Origin: Rhodobacter capsulatus SB 1003
Lineage (GTDB): Bacteria > Pseudomonadota > Alphaproteobacteria > Rhodobacterales > Rhodobacteraceae
DNA: 32,000 nucleotides
Direction: 5' to 3'
Assembly: GCF_000021865.1 (NCBI RefSeq)
Contig: NC_014034.1
Span: 240,001-272,000, forward strand
Shown: piece after piece, positions 10,979-22,300 of the stretch
Position numbering within the stretch: position 1 is the first letter of the stretch
Layout of the letters: every line of letters starts with the position of its first letter
Translations under genes and position numbers: made by a program
Notes under the pieces: model-generated
The model's database searches: none
What the model saw: only the letters and a program-made list of their open reading frames with translations
What the model was told of the DNA's origin: nothing

Positions 10979-11004
10979 CCTTTGTCGCCGAAGCGTGAAC
11001 ATTG

Positions 11005-11030
11005 AAAAGGGGGGCGAAAGCCCCCCTTTT
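11005..11030. terminator. bidirectional intrinsic terminator (infB on +, 45-aa ORF on -)
   Basis: AAAA-GGGGGG-CGAAAG-CCCCCC-TTTT. The symmetric A and T tracts allow it to function on either strand. Confidence 0.8.
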
Positions 11031-11060
11031 GCATGCCGTGAGTGGTTTGTGACCGGTGGA

Positions 11061-11198
11061 TCAGGCGTTGTTGCGCATCACGGGCTTGCCCGCGAACAGC
11101 CTATCCCCAACCCGGACAACGATTTTTCCGTTTTCGAGCTGCGACTCGAACGTTCCCTGCACGGAGACGCAGCTGCCGACGACGATGGTGCGAAGCAT
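11061..11198 (-). CDS. small hypothetical protein, 45 aa (MLRTIVVGSCVSVQGTFESQLENGKIVVRVGDRLFAGKPVMRNNA)
   Basis: Absent from the ORF track because it is below the size cutoff. GGAGG lies 7 nt upstream of the ATG. 37 of 45 third-codon positions are G or C, matching the genomic coding bias. The stop is followed by the bidirectional terminator. An AT-rich putative promoter region lies upstream. Confidence 0.6.
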   Translation of the reverse strand: MLRTIVVGSCVSVQGTFESQLENGKIVVRVGDRLFAGKPVMRNNA

Positions 11199-11322
11199 GA
11201 GACATCCTCCCTAGAAATCTCGATTACAGCTTCAGCTTAGTCACGATTACTTAACAAAGTGCAAACGAAAAAGTGCGTCAGAGGTATCTTTTGGGTAGTT
11301 TTGTTGCCGCAGGGGCCAAATT

Positions 11323-11363
11323 GACGCAGGAAAATTTCTGCCGCGCAGAAATCTCGCTGCGTC
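11323..11363 (-). terminator. two-tier stem-loop 8 nt downstream of the mutT stop (terminator or mRNA-stabilising hairpin)
   Basis: Outer stem GACGCAG/CTGCGTC and inner stem ATTTCTGC/GCAGAAAT, separated by symmetric 4-nt internal loops, with a 3-nt apical loop. Only a short T tract follows on the minus strand. Confidence 0.35.
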
Positions 11364-11370
11364 TGCTTGG

Positions 11371-11808
11371 TCAAAGCCAGTCCTGCAACACCGGGATCAG
11401 CGGCTCGTCGGCGGGCGGCATCGGGTAGTCGCGCAGCCGTGCCGGGCTGACCCAGGCAAGCCGTTGTCCCTCGCGCGGTTGCGGCGTGCCGGACCAGCGG
11501 CGGCAGGCGAAAAGCGGCATCAGCAGATGGAAGCTCTCGTAGCTGTGGCTGGCAAAGGTCAGCGGCGCCAGACAGCTGCCCCAGGTGTCGATGCCCAGTT
11601 CTTCGTGCAATTCGCGGATCAGCGCGGCCTCGGGCGTTTCCCCGGGCTCGACCTTGCCGCCCGGAAATTCCCAAAGCCCGGCCAGCGACTTGCCCTCGGG
11701 GCGCTGCGCCAGCAGCACCCGGCCATCGGCATCGATCAGCGCCACCGCACTGACCAGAACCACCCGCGCCGTCGTCGGCGCGGGCGAGGGACCGCAGGGC
11801 GAGGTCAC
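11371..11808 (-). CDS. mutT: Nudix hydrolase, MutT-type 8-oxo-dGTP diphosphatase
   Basis: Nudix box [24 protein letters not shown]. The start is placed at the GTG that overlaps the argJ stop (GTGA), implying translational coupling. The upstream part of ORF 11371..11967 overlaps argJ. An in-frame GTG at 11763 is an alternative start. Confidence 0.8.
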   Translation of the reverse strand: MTSPCGPSPAPTTARVVLVSAVALIDADGRVLLAQRPEGKSLAGLWEFPGGKVEPGETPEAALIRELHEELGIDTWGSCLAPLTFASHSYESFHLLMPLFACRRWSGTPQPREGQRLAWVSPARLRDYPMPPADEPLIPVLQDWL

Positions 11809-13271
11809 GAGCGGTAATCCGCGTTGATATCGATGTAGCGATGCGTCAGGTCGCAGGTGAAGACGGATTTCGCCGCCTTGCCCAGCCCCAGATCGATGCC
11901 GATCACCAGCTCCTGCCCCTTCATATAGGCAGAGGCCGCTTCCTCGGAATAATCCGGCACGCGCCAACCATTCTCGGCCAGAACCATGTCGCCAAAGGAA
12001 ATCCGCAGCTTGTCACGGTCGGCCTTGGCGCCCGACTTGCCGACGGCGGCGACGACCCGGCCCCAGTTCGCATCCTCGCCGGCGATCGCGGTTTTCACCA
12101 GCGGCGAATTCGCCACCGCCATCGCGACCTTGTGCGCATCATCGGCACTCGCCGCGCCGCTGACCCGGATTTCCACGAATTTCGTCGCGCCCTCGCCGTC
12201 TCGGACCACCTGCTGCGCCAGATCCAGCATCACCCCGCGCAGCGCCGCTTCGAAATCCTTTGCCGCGCGCGAGCGCAGATCGGTGATTTCCGCCGCGGCC
12301 GAGCGCCCGGTGGCGGCCAGGATCAACGCATCCGAGGTCGAGGTGTCGCTGTCCACGGTGATCGCGTTGAACGTGTCATCGACATGCCGCGACAGCATTT
12401 TCTGCAGCAGTTTCGCGGGGATCTTCGCATCGGTGAAAAGATAGACCAGCATCGTCGCCATGTTCGGCGCGATCATCCCCGAGCCCTTGGCGATGCCCGC
12501 GATGCGGATCAGCCCGCCGTCGCCCTGCACCTCGGCACAGGCGCCCTTGGGGAAAGTGTCGGTGGTCATGATCGCCCGCGCGGCGGCCTCCATGCCCGCC
12601 GGGTCCAGCGCGGCGACAAGGCCGGGCACGGCGGCGACGATGCGGTCATGCGGCAGCGGCTCGCCGATCACCCCGGTCGAGGAGGAGAAGACCCGGTTGA
12701 TCGGCAGATCCAGCGCCTCGGCCACGGCGCCGGTCACCGCATCGACCGAAGCCTGACCGGCGGCGCCGGTAAAGGCATTGGCATTGCCCGAGTTCACCAC
12801 GATCGCGGCGCCAGTGCTTTCATCGGCGGCGCCCGCCAGTTTCGCCTGGCAATCGAGCACGCAGGCGGCCCGGGTGGTGGAGGTGGTGAAGACGCCCGCG
12901 AGCGTCGCCCCCGGCGCGATCTGCGCCAGCATCACATCGGTCCGGCCCGCATAGCGCACCCCCGCGGCGGCGGCGGCAAAGGACACGCCCGCGATCACCG
13001 GCAGGGCGGGGAAGGCGGCGGGGGCCAGCGGCGAAACCGGCGCCTTGGGCTTTGCCGCGGCCGCGGTTTCGGCTGCGGCGGTGGCCGCGGCAGAGGCGGC
13101 CGCCGTCGCGGCTTCGGCCACGCCCTCGCGCAGCGCCGAGGCGACCTCGGTCACCTCTTCGCGCAGCATCGCCACCGCATCCTCGGTGATCTCGCCCAGC
13201 TGCGAGCGCAGGTCCTTCACCTTCGACTTCAGCTTGGCGATCTTGTCTTCGAGTTCGCGTTTCTTCGCCAT
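11805..13271 (-). CDS. argJ: bifunctional glutamate N-acetyltransferase / amino-acid acetyltransferase ArgJ with an atypical N-terminal extension
   Basis: ArgJ core runs from [18 protein letters not shown] onward and contains the self-cleavage site [14 protein letters not shown]. The start is placed at ATG 13271 (GGAGGGGGAG 6 nt upstream). ATG 13289 is also in frame. There is no in-frame ATG, GTG or TTG near the canonical N-terminus. Confidence 0.9.
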   Translation of the reverse strand: MAKKRELEDKIAKLKSKVKDLRSQLGEITEDAVAMLREEVTEVASALREGVAEAATAAASAAATAAAETAAAAKPKAPVSPLAPAAFPALPVIAGVSFAAAAAGVRYAGRTDVMLAQIAPGATLAGVFTTSTTRAACVLDCQAKLAGAADESTGAAIVVNSGNANAFTGAAGQASVDAVTGAVAEALDLPINRVFSSSTGVIGEPLPHDRIVAAVPGLVAALDPAGMEAAARAIMTTDTFPKGACAEVQGDGGLIRIAGIAKGSGMIAPNMATMLVYLFTDAKIPAKLLQKMLSRHVDDTFNAITVDSDTSTSDALILAATGRSAAAEITDLRSRAAKDFEAALRGVMLDLAQQVVRDGEGATKFVEIRVSGAASADDAHKVAMAVANSPLVKTAIAGEDANWGRVVAAVGKSGAKADRDKLRISFGDMVLAENGWRVPDYSEEAASAYMKGQELVIGIDLGLGKAAKSVFTCDLTHRYIDINADYRS

Positions 13272-13298
13272 CGTCTTCTCCCCCTCCATCCGCGGACC

Positions 13299-14168
13299 TT
13301 ACTTGGCGCCGAAGAAATTCGGCGTCTTCAGCACCGCGGGATCGATCCCCTCGACACGCTTTTCGACCTTGGCCTTGGCCACGGTGTCAGTCACCCGGTC
13401 CTGCACCGCCTGCTGCCGCAGATCGCCCGAAAGCTCCTCGGTCGCTTCCTCGAGCGTCGGCGCGGCGCCCAGACGGCTTTCCATCAGCTTGATCACATGC
13501 CAGCCATATTCGGTCTGCACCGGGCCCTTGATCTCGCCCGCCTTCATCGCGGCCACGGCCTCGGCAAAGGGCGGCACCATCGCGGTCAGATCGAACCAGC
13601 CCAGATCGCCGCCATTCGCCGCCGCGCCGTCTTGCGATTTCGCCTTGGCCACGGTGGCGAAATCGGCGCCGCCGTCGATCTCGGCCTTGATCGCCTTGGC
13701 TTCGGCTTCGGAGGCCACGATGATATGGGCGGCATGATATTCGCGGCTCGGTTCGGCCTTGGCGAATTTCGTGTCATAGGCCGCTTTCAGCTTGTCGGGC
13801 GTCACCGCGCGCTCGGCGGTGTAATCCAGCAGCATCCCCGCCAGATAGGCGCGGCGTTCGACCTCGAGCGCGATCTCGTCGCGGCGGGTCATCATGCCTT
13901 CGCCCACCTTCGCCAGCGCGGTCTGCTGGATCAGCTGATCCAGCACGCCGTTGAACAGCACCTGATCGGGCAGCTGCTGATATTCCGCGGGCAGGCTGTT
14001 GCGGACGGACACCATCATGCCCAGCGTGATCTCGGTGCCGTCGACCGTGGCGACGACGGTTTCCGGACCGGGGGTCTTGCCCCCTTTCGCGGCCTCCTCG
14101 GCCAGCGCCGGACCGGCCAGAAGCGCCATCACGGCGACAGACCCCAGAACGCGTGTGAAAATCGGCAT
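13299..14168 (-). CDS. periplasmic parvulin-type peptidyl-prolyl cis-trans isomerase (SurA/PpiC family)
   Basis: Signal peptide [23 protein letters not shown]. Parvulin domain ...[13 protein letters not shown]...GGDLGWF...[11 protein letters not shown] 14168 has GGAGAGG 5 nt upstream. The track start at 14171 is a TTG. Confidence 0.9.
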   Translation of the reverse strand: MPIFTRVLGSVAVMALLAGPALAEEAAKGGKTPGPETVVATVDGTEITLGMMVSVRNSLPAEYQQLPDQVLFNGVLDQLIQQTALAKVGEGMMTRRDEIALEVERRAYLAGMLLDYTAERAVTPDKLKAAYDTKFAKAEPSREYHAAHIIVASEAEAKAIKAEIDGGADFATVAKAKSQDGAAANGGDLGWFDLTAMVPPFAEAVAAMKAGEIKGPVQTEYGWHVIKLMESRLGAAPTLEEATEELSGDLRQQAVQDRVTDTVAKAKVEKRVEGIDPAVLKTPNFFGAK

Positions 14169-14205
14169 CAAAGCCTCTCCCGCAGGGCCGCGGCACCCCG
14201 CGGCG

Positions 14206-14234
14206 TTGACACTCGGACGGCAGCCCCTTACATC
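14206..14234 (+). promoter_or_regulatory. candidate sigma70-type promoter for secA
   Basis: Perfect -35 TTGACA (14206-14211), then N17, then TACATC. The -10 element is weak. It implies a leader of about 110 nt. Confidence 0.3.
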
Positions 14235-14351
14235 GCCAAGGGTCCTGTGAAGGCCGTTTCGCCCTTATCCGCTTGCCGTTCTACGGGTGCGCGGCGGGTG
14301 CGACAAGACCGCATTTCACACGATTTGGTCAGACGAACCCGCGGAGAAAAA

Positions 14352-17066
14352 ATGCTGGGCCTCGGTTACATTGGAAGAAAGCTCTTCGGCACGCCCAACG
14401 ACCGCAAGGTCAAGCGGACGCGTCCGCTGGTGGCGAAGATCAACGCGCTGGAACCGGCCTTCGAAAAGCTCTCCGATGCCGAGATCGTGGCGAAAACCCG
14501 CGAGCTGCAGGCCCGCGCGCAGGCGGGCGAAAGCCTGGATGCGCTGCTGCCCGAAGCCTTTGCCAACTGCCGCGAAGCCGCCCGCCGGGCGCTTGGCCTG
14601 CGCGCCTTCGACACCCAGCTGATGGGCGGGATCTTCCTGCATCAGGGCAATATTTCCGAGATGAAGACGGGCGAGGGCAAGACCCTTGTCGCCACCTTCC
14701 CGGCCTATCTGAACGCGCTGGCGGGCAAGGGCGTGCATATCGTCACGGTGAACGATTATCTGGCCAAACGCGACTCGGAATGGATGGGCAAGGTCTATCG
14801 CCATCTGGGGCTGACCTGCGGCGTCGTCTATCCGTTCCAGCCCGATGATGAGAAACGCGCCGCCTATGCGGCCGACATCACCTATGCGACGAACAACGAG
14901 CTGGGCTTCGATTATCTGCGCGACAACATGAAGGCCTCGGTCGCGGAAATGTATCAGCGCGATCACTTCTTCGCCATCGTCGACGAGGTGGACAGCATCC
15001 TGATCGACGAGGCGCGGACGCCCCTGATCATCTCCGGCCCGTCGCAGGACCGGTCCGACATGTATCGCACGCTCGATGCCTATATCCCGTTCCTGACCGA
15101 AGAGCATTACAAGCTCGACGAGAAACAGCGCAACGCCACCTTCACCGAAGAGGGCAACGAGTTTCTGGAACAGAAGCTGCAGGCCGACGGCCTTCTGCCC
15201 GAGGGCCAGTCGCTTTACGACCCGGAAAGCACGACGATCGTGCACCACATCGGCCAGGCGCTTCGGGCGCACAAGCTGTTCTTCAAGGATCAGAACTATG
15301 TCGTCGCCGATGACGAGATCGTGCTGATCGACGAATTCACCGGCCGGATGATGAAGGGCCGCCGCCTGTCGGACGGTCTGCATCAGGCGATCGAGGCGAA
15401 GGAACGGGTGACGATCCAGCCCGAGAACGTCACGCTGGCCTCGGTGACCTTCCAGAACTACTTCCGGCTTTACGAGAAACTGGCGGGGATGACCGGGACC
15501 GCGGTGACCGAGGCCGAGGAATTCGGCGACATCTATCACCTTGGCGTCGTCGAAGTGCCGACGAACCGGCCGGTGGCGCGCAAGGACGAGCACGACCGCG
15601 TCTATCGCACCGCCAAGGAAAAATACGCCGCGGTGATCGAGGCGATCAAGACCGCGCATGCGATCGGCCAGCCGACGCTGGTCGGCACCACCTCGATCGA
15701 GAAATCCGAGATGCTCTCGGAGATGCTCAAGGCCGAGGGGCTGCCGCATAACGTGCTGAACGCGCGTCAGCACGAACAGGAGGCGCAGATCGTCGCCGAT
15801 GCCGGGCGTCTGGGCGCGATCACCATCGCGACGAACATGGCCGGTCGCGGCACCGACATTCAGCTGGGCGGCAACGTCGAGATGAAGGTGCAAGAACAGA
15901 TCGCCGCCAATCCCGACGCCGCCCCCGAAGAGATCCGCGCCCGGATCGAGGCGGAACATGCCGAGGAAAAGCAGAAGGTGATCGAGGCCGGGGGCCTGTT
16001 CGTTCTGGCCACCGAACGCCACGAAAGCCGCCGGATCGACAACCAGCTGCGCGGCCGCTCGGGCCGTCAGGGCGACCCGGGGCGGTCCTTGTTCTTCCTG
16101 TCGCTCGAAGACGATCTGATGCGCATCTTCGGCTCGGACCGGCTGGAAGGCGTGCTCTCGAAACTGGGCATGAAGGAAGGCGAGGCGATCGTGCACCCTT
16201 GGGTGAACAAGTCGCTGGAACGCGCCCAGGCCAAGGTCGAGGGCCGCAACTTCGACTGGCGCAAGCAGCTGCTGAAATTCGACGACGTGATGAACGACCA
16301 GCGCAAGGCGGTCTTTGGCCAGCGCCGCGAGATCATGGAAACCGACGAGATTTCCGAGATCGTCGCCGACATGCGCCAGCAGGTGATCGACGATCTGATC
16401 GACGAATTCGCGCCGCCGAAAAGCTATGTCGATCAATGGGATATCGAGGGGATGCGGGCAGCGTTCATCGATCATGCCGGGGTTGATCTGCCGCTGGCGG
16501 ACTGGGCCGCCGAAGAGGGCGTCGACCAGGACGTTCTGCGCGAACGGGTGACGGCGGCGCTGGATGCGGTGATGGCGCAAAAGACCGAGGCCTTCGGCGC
16601 CGAGACGATGCGGGTGATCGAAAAGCAGATCCTGCTGCAGACGATCGACACGAAATGGCGCGAGCATCTGGTGACGCTCGAACATCTGCGCTCGGTCGTG
16701 GGCTTCCGCGGCTATGCGCAGCGTGATCCGCTGTCGGAATACAAGACCGAGTCGTTCCAGCTGTTCGAAAGCATGCTCGACAGTCTGCGCTACGAGGTGA
16801 CGAAACGGCTGGGCCAGATCCGTCCGATGAGCGACGAGGAACGCGCCGAGATGCTGCGCCAGCAGGCCGCCGCCCTTGCCGCGGCCGAAGGCGCCGCCGA
16901 TCCGGCCGCGGGCGCCGCACCGCAACCGGCGGCGCCTGTGGCGTTGGCCGCCGCGCCGGGATTTGTCGAATCGGATCCTTCGACCTGGGGCGAGCCCTCG
17001 CGCAATGACCCCTGCCCCTGCGGCTCGGGCGAGAAGTTCAAGCACTGCCACGGCCGTCTGGCCTGA
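14352..17066 (+). CDS. secA: preprotein translocase ATPase SecA
   Basis: 904 aa from the internal ATG of the chimeric ORF 11841..17066. Starts [18 protein letters not shown]. Walker [10 protein letters not shown]-terminal zinc motif [14 protein letters not shown]. Confidence 0.97.
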   Translation: MLGLGYIGRKLFGTPNDRKVKRTRPLVAKINALEPAFEKLSDAEIVAKTRELQARAQAGESLDALLPEAFANCREAARRALGLRAFDTQLMGGIFLHQGNISEMKTGEGKTLVATFPAYLNALAGKGVHIVTVNDYLAKRDSEWMGKVYRHLGLTCGVVYPFQPDDEKRAAYAADITYATNNELGFDYLRDNMKASVAEMYQRDHFFAIVDEVDSILIDEARTPLIISGPSQDRSDMYRTLDAYIPFLTEEHYKLDEKQRNATFTEEGNEFLEQKLQADGLLPEGQSLYDPESTTIVHHIGQALRAHKLFFKDQNYVVADDEIVLIDEFTGRMMKGRRLSDGLHQAIEAKERVTIQPENVTLASVTFQNYFRLYEKLAGMTGTAVTEAEEFGDIYHLGVVEVPTNRPVARKDEHDRVYRTAKEKYAAVIEAIKTAHAIGQPTLVGTTSIEKSEMLSEMLKAEGLPHNVLNARQHEQEAQIVADAGRLGAITIATNMAGRGTDIQLGGNVEMKVQEQIAANPDAAPEEIRARIEAEHAEEKQKVIEAGGLFVLATERHESRRIDNQLRGRSGRQGDPGRSLFFLSLEDDLMRIFGSDRLEGVLSKLGMKEGEAIVHPWVNKSLERAQAKVEGRNFDWRKQLLKFDDVMNDQRKAVFGQRREIMETDEISEIVADMRQQVIDDLIDEFAPPKSYVDQWDIEGMRAAFIDHAGVDLPLADWAAEEGVDQDVLRERVTAALDAVMAQKTEAFGAETMRVIEKQILLQTIDTKWREHLVTLEHLRSVVGFRGYAQRDPLSEYKTESFQLFESMLDSLRYEVTKRLGQIRPMSDEERAEMLRQQAAALAAAEGAADPAAGAAPQPAAPVALAAAPGFVESDPSTWGEPSRNDPCPCGSGEKFKHCHGRLA

Positions 17067-17090
17067 AACAAAGGCGCTGAAATATGGCGC

Positions 17091-17121
17091 CGGTCCGGGG
17101 TGAACCCGGGCCGCCGTTTTT
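17091..17121 (+). terminator. intrinsic terminator after secA
   Basis: 9-bp stem (17091-17099 with 17105-17113, one G-T pair), loop GTGAA, then CCG and TTTTT. Confidence 0.55.
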
Positions 17122-17264
17122 CATTATCCTGTTGATCTGGATATGTTTTTGTGGAAATTTCCGGCCGGGCGAAGGTTTCCGTTTCGGAAACTCTGCCGCA
17201 GTCCGGCCCAAGCTTTGCCGAGATCTGGCGTTAACCTTTTGGCAAGAAGCAGGAGGATCCGGGC

Positions 17265-18185
17265 ATGAGACCGATTCACAAGATTGCCATGGTCTGCACC
17301 ACCTTCGTTCTGGCGGCGGCCACCGGGCATGTCATGCAGACGGCTGCGCCCGAGGGCCCGCGCGCTGACCCCTCGCAGCCGGTGACGGCGGCGGTGATGC
17401 CGGGTGCCCGCGGACATCTGGCGGCGCCCGCGCTGTCCCTGCCGCGGCTGACGGTGCCGGTGATGCGCCGCCCGGCCGCCGAAGCCGCCCTTGGCCCGCT
17501 GCCGCAGGACATCGAAACCGCGCCGGGCGCCTGTGCCGCGCCACAGCTGCAGGCCGCGCTTGCCCCCGGCGCCTCGGTCCGGCTGACCGTCCTTGCGCCC
17601 TGCCACCCCGGCGCGCTGGCCGAGATCCGCCACGCGGGGCTGCGCCTGCCGGTCCGGCTTTCGGAGGACGGCGGCTGGAGCGGTCTGGTTCCGGCCTTTG
17701 CGGAACAGGCGCTGTTCCAGCTCGGCCTGCCGGGGGCCACGGCCACGGCGACGGTGACGCTTGCCGTGCCGACGCTGCCGACGGTCAACCGCATTGCGGT
17801 GATCCTGCCGCCCGCAAGCGGGGCAGAGCTGCATGGCTATGAATATGGCGCCGCGCCCGGCTCGATCGGTGATGTCTCGGCGGCGGCGCCGCGCGATGCC
17901 GAAACGCGCCTTGGCGGCTGGATCACCAGCTTCGGCCAGCCCGGCGCCGCGCAGGCGGTGCAGATCTATTCCGCCCCGGCCGCGATGGCGGACCTGAGTC
18001 TGGTGCTGGAGGCGCCGGTGACGCCGGAAAGCTGCGGCAAGGATCTGCAGGGCGCTGTCCTGCGCCCGGTTGGCACCCGCACCGAGCAGGTGCCGCTGTC
18101 GCTGGCCATGCCCGATTGCGGCGATGGCGAGGGCGCGGTGATGATGCCGCTGCCCGGCTTCCCGCTGGCCGTGGCGGCGAATTAA
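17265..18185 (+). CDS. hypothetical exported or membrane-anchored Ala/Pro-rich protein, 306 aa
   Basis: AGGAGG lies 8 nt upstream of the ATG. N-terminal hydrophobic segment IAMVCTTFVLAAATG. High GC3 throughout, and the ORF fills the whole secA-radC gap. No family recognised by eye. Confidence 0.7.
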   Translation: MRPIHKIAMVCTTFVLAAATGHVMQTAAPEGPRADPSQPVTAAVMPGARGHLAAPALSLPRLTVPVMRRPAAEAALGPLPQDIETAPGACAAPQLQAALAPGASVRLTVLAPCHPGALAEIRHAGLRLPVRLSEDGGWSGLVPAFAEQALFQLGLPGATATATVTLAVPTLPTVNRIAVILPPASGAELHGYEYGAAPGSIGDVSAAAPRDAETRLGGWITSFGQPGAAQAVQIYSAPAAMADLSLVLEAPVTPESCGKDLQGAVLRPVGTRTEQVPLSLAMPDCGDGEGAVMMPLPGFPLAVAAN

Positions 18186-18946
18186 AGCAGCCCTTCGGCG
18201 CGAAAGCTGAGTTCCCGGCCCTTGCCGATCACCAGATGGTCATGCAGCACAAGCCCCAAGGCCTCGGCGGCATGGCGGATCTGGTCTGTCATCGCGATGT
18301 CGGCCTGCGACGGCGTCGGATCGCCCGAGGGGTGGTTGTGCACCAGAATCAGCGCCGAGGCATCCAGCTCCAGCGCCCGTTTCACCACCTCGCGCGGATA
18401 GACGGGCACATGGTCGACCGTGCCGCGGGCCTGTTCCTCGTCGGCAATCAGCAGGTTCTTGCGGTCCAGAAACAGCACCCGGAATTGCTCGGTCGGCCGA
18501 TGCGCCATCGCGGTGTGGCAATAATCCAGCAAAGCCTGCCACGAGGACAGCACCGGCCGTTGCAAGACGCGTGACCGGGCCAGCCGTTGCGCCGCCGCTT
18601 CGACGATCTTCAATTCCTGCACCACGGCCTCGCCCACACCGGTCACCTCGGTCAGCCGCGCGGGGGGCGCCGCCAGCACATGGCCGAAACTGCCGAAGAC
18701 ATCGAGCAGCCGCCGCGCCAGGGGCTTCACATCCTGCCGCGGCAGGGCGCGAAACAGGATCAGTTCCAGAAGCTCGTAATCGGGCATGGCCTCGGCGCCG
18801 CCCGTGAGGAAGCGTTCCCGCAACCGCTTGCGGTGATCGGTGATGTAAGAGGGCAGCCGGTCGGAAGAGACGGCAACCGGCTGCGCCTCGTCAAGATCTC
18901 CGAAAAGCGTCGGCCCTTCGGCAAAGCTGGAGGTTCGGGGCTTCAT
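18182..18946 (-). CDS. radC: RadC-family JAB/MPN domain protein
   Basis: JAMM motif HNHPSGDPTPSQAD and N-terminal HRKRLRERF...DYELLELILF. The start is ambiguous between ATG 18946 and GTG 18967. The stop overlaps the stop of the convergent upstream gene. Confidence 0.85.
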   Translation of the reverse strand: MKPRTSSFAEGPTLFGDLDEAQPVAVSSDRLPSYITDHRKRLRERFLTGGAEAMPDYELLELILFRALPRQDVKPLARRLLDVFGSFGHVLAAPPARLTEVTGVGEAVVQELKIVEAAAQRLARSRVLQRPVLSSWQALLDYCHTAMAHRPTEQFRVLFLDRKNLLIADEEQARGTVDHVPVYPREVVKRALELDASALILVHNHPSGDPTPSQADIAMTDQIRHAAEALGLVLHDHLVIGKGRELSFRAEGLL

Positions 18947-19008
18947 CCCCCCAGCTTGCGCCGTCACGGTAAATAAATGGTTAACGTTTCTTCTTGGCTC
19001 AAAGACGC

Positions 19009-19030
19009 AAAAGGGCGCCCGCAGGCGCCC
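19009..19030 (-). terminator. intrinsic terminator after dnaJ
   Basis: On the minus strand: GGGCGCC-TGCG-GGCGCCC followed by TTTT, about 20 nt after the dnaJ stop. Confidence 0.7.
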
Positions 19031-19050
19031 CCTTCTTCGTTTTCAGGCAC

Positions 19051-20205
19051 TCAGCCCTTCATCCCGTCCCAGAAGCTTTTCACCTTCTGGAAGAAAGACG
19101 CCCCTTCCGGGTTGTTCTCGGCCTGGATGCGCTGGAATTCATCCAGCAGCTCCTTTTGCCGCGCGGTCAGGTTCACCGGGGTTTCGACGGCCAGTTCGAT
19201 CACCATGTCGCCGATGCCGCCACCGCGCAGGGCAGGCATGCCCTTGCCGCGCAGACGCATCTGCCGACCGGATTGGCTGCCCACCGGCACCTTGACCTTG
19301 GACCGGCCGCCATCGATCGTCGGCACCTCGACCTCGCCACCAAGGGCCGCCGAGACCATGCTGACCGGCACCCGGCAGAACAGGTTCACCCCGTCGCGCT
19401 GGAAGATCGCATGTTCGCGGACCTCGATGAAGATATAAAGGTCGCCCGAAGGCCCGCCGCGCATCCCGGCCTCGCCCTCGCCCGCCAGACGGATCCGGGT
19501 GCCGGTCTCCACCCCCGCGGGGATGTTCACCGACAGCGTCCGTTCCTTCTCGATCCGGCCCGAACCATGACAGACGCGGCAGGGGTTTTTCACCACCTGA
19601 CCCTGCCCGCCACAGGTGGGGCAGGTGCGTTCGACGGTGAAAAAGCCGTTCTGCGCCCGCACCTTGCCCAGACCCGAACAGGTCGGACAGGTTTGCGGTT
19701 CCGCGCCGCCCTCGGCCCCGGTGCCGTTGCACGAGCCGCAAGCGGCCGAGCCGGGAACGGTGATCGTCTTTTGCGCGCCCTTGAACGCCTCTTCCAGCGT
19801 CACCCGCATGTTGTAGCGCAGGTCCGAGCCGCGCGTCGCCCGCGAGCGGCCACCGCCGCCCGGACCGCCGCGCCCGCCCATGAAATCGCCGAACAGATCC
19901 TCGAACACATCCGAGAAAGCCGAGGAGAAATCCGCGCCCTGACCATAGGGTCCGCGCGGACCGCCGCCGCCCATGCCGCCCTCGAAAGCCGCGTGACCGT
20001 AGCGGTCATAGGCGGCCTTCTTGTCGCCATCCTTCAGCACGTCATAGGCTTCGTTCACTTCCTTGAACTGGGCCTCGGCCTGCGGATTGTCCTGATTGCG
20101 GTCGGGGTGCAGTTCCTTCGCCTTGCTGCGATAGGCCTTCTTGATCTCCTCGGCCGAGGCGCCCTTGGACACCCCCAGAACCTCGTAGAAATCACGCTTC
20201 GCCAT
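19051..20205 (-). CDS. dnaJ: molecular chaperone DnaJ
   Basis: J domain [12 protein letters not shown]...HPDRN, a Gly/Phe-rich region, and four CxxCxGxG repeats ([32 protein letters not shown]). The start is trimmed to ATG 20205. Confidence 0.96.
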   Translation of the reverse strand: MAKRDFYEVLGVSKGASAEEIKKAYRSKAKELHPDRNQDNPQAEAQFKEVNEAYDVLKDGDKKAAYDRYGHAAFEGGMGGGGPRGPYGQGADFSSAFSDVFEDLFGDFMGGRGGPGGGGRSRATRGSDLRYNMRVTLEEAFKGAQKTITVPGSAACGSCNGTGAEGGAEPQTCPTCSGLGKVRAQNGFFTVERTCPTCGGQGQVVKNPCRVCHGSGRIEKERTLSVNIPAGVETGTRIRLAGEGEAGMRGGPSGDLYIFIEVREHAIFQRDGVNLFCRVPVSMVSAALGGEVEVPTIDGGRSKVKVPVGSQSGRQMRLRGKGMPALRGGGIGDMVIELAVETPVNLTARQKELLDEFQRIQAENNPEGASFFQKVKSFWDGMKG

Positions 20206-20273
20206 TGGAAAGCCCCACTGCGAGAACACGGAAGCGAGCCCCATGACGGGGCCCGCTCCTCAGGTTCCGGCGC

Positions 20274-22187
<1,914 letters not shown>

Positions 22188-22300
22188 TTCAATACCTCTT
22201 CTTTCGGCGACAGGTGGGGGCGGGTCCCATCAGGCCCCCGGCCCCTATCCCAAGGTTTCCAGACGGTCCGGCGCAGGTGGCCTGCTCCGGCTTCCCGGCG

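Noticed and set aside
373-17051. Very long ORFs antisense to or out of frame with known genes. Examples: 373..1725(-), 1578..3053(-), 5600..7942(-), 8216..11002(-), 14316..17051(-), 20382..22307(+), 22109..23016(-), 24535..25923(-), 26531..28574(+), 28898..30223(-).
   Set aside because: Their translations are Arg/Gly/Ala/Pro-rich low-complexity sequence with no recognisable motifs. Each fully overlaps a gene that has clear family signatures. Absence of stop codons on non-coding frames is expected in a genome with G/C-rich third codon positions.
11841-17066. Giant 1741-aa ORF ending in SecA.
   Set aside because: Only the last 904 residues are SecA. The upstream part runs antisense through argJ and the PPIase gene, and is Arg/Gly-rich nonsense. 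The start was reset to ATG 14352.
17132-17145. FNR/CRP-like TTGAT-N4-ATATG upstream of the hypothetical gene.
   Set aside because: The second half-site matches ATCAA at only 2 of 5 positions.
18970-18985. CtrA-box-like sequence TAAA-N7-TTAAC upstream of radC.
   Set aside because: Only the TTAAC half-site is canonical and the other half deviates from TTAA. A single weak match in an AT-rich spacer is not sufficient evidence.
20234-20256. Imperfect hairpin (8 of 9 bp) between dnaK and dnaJ, considered as a possible internal attenuator.
   Set aside because: It has one mismatch and only a weak T-rich tail (TTCCGTGTT). This is a common feature of dnaK-dnaJ spacers and is not strong enough to call.
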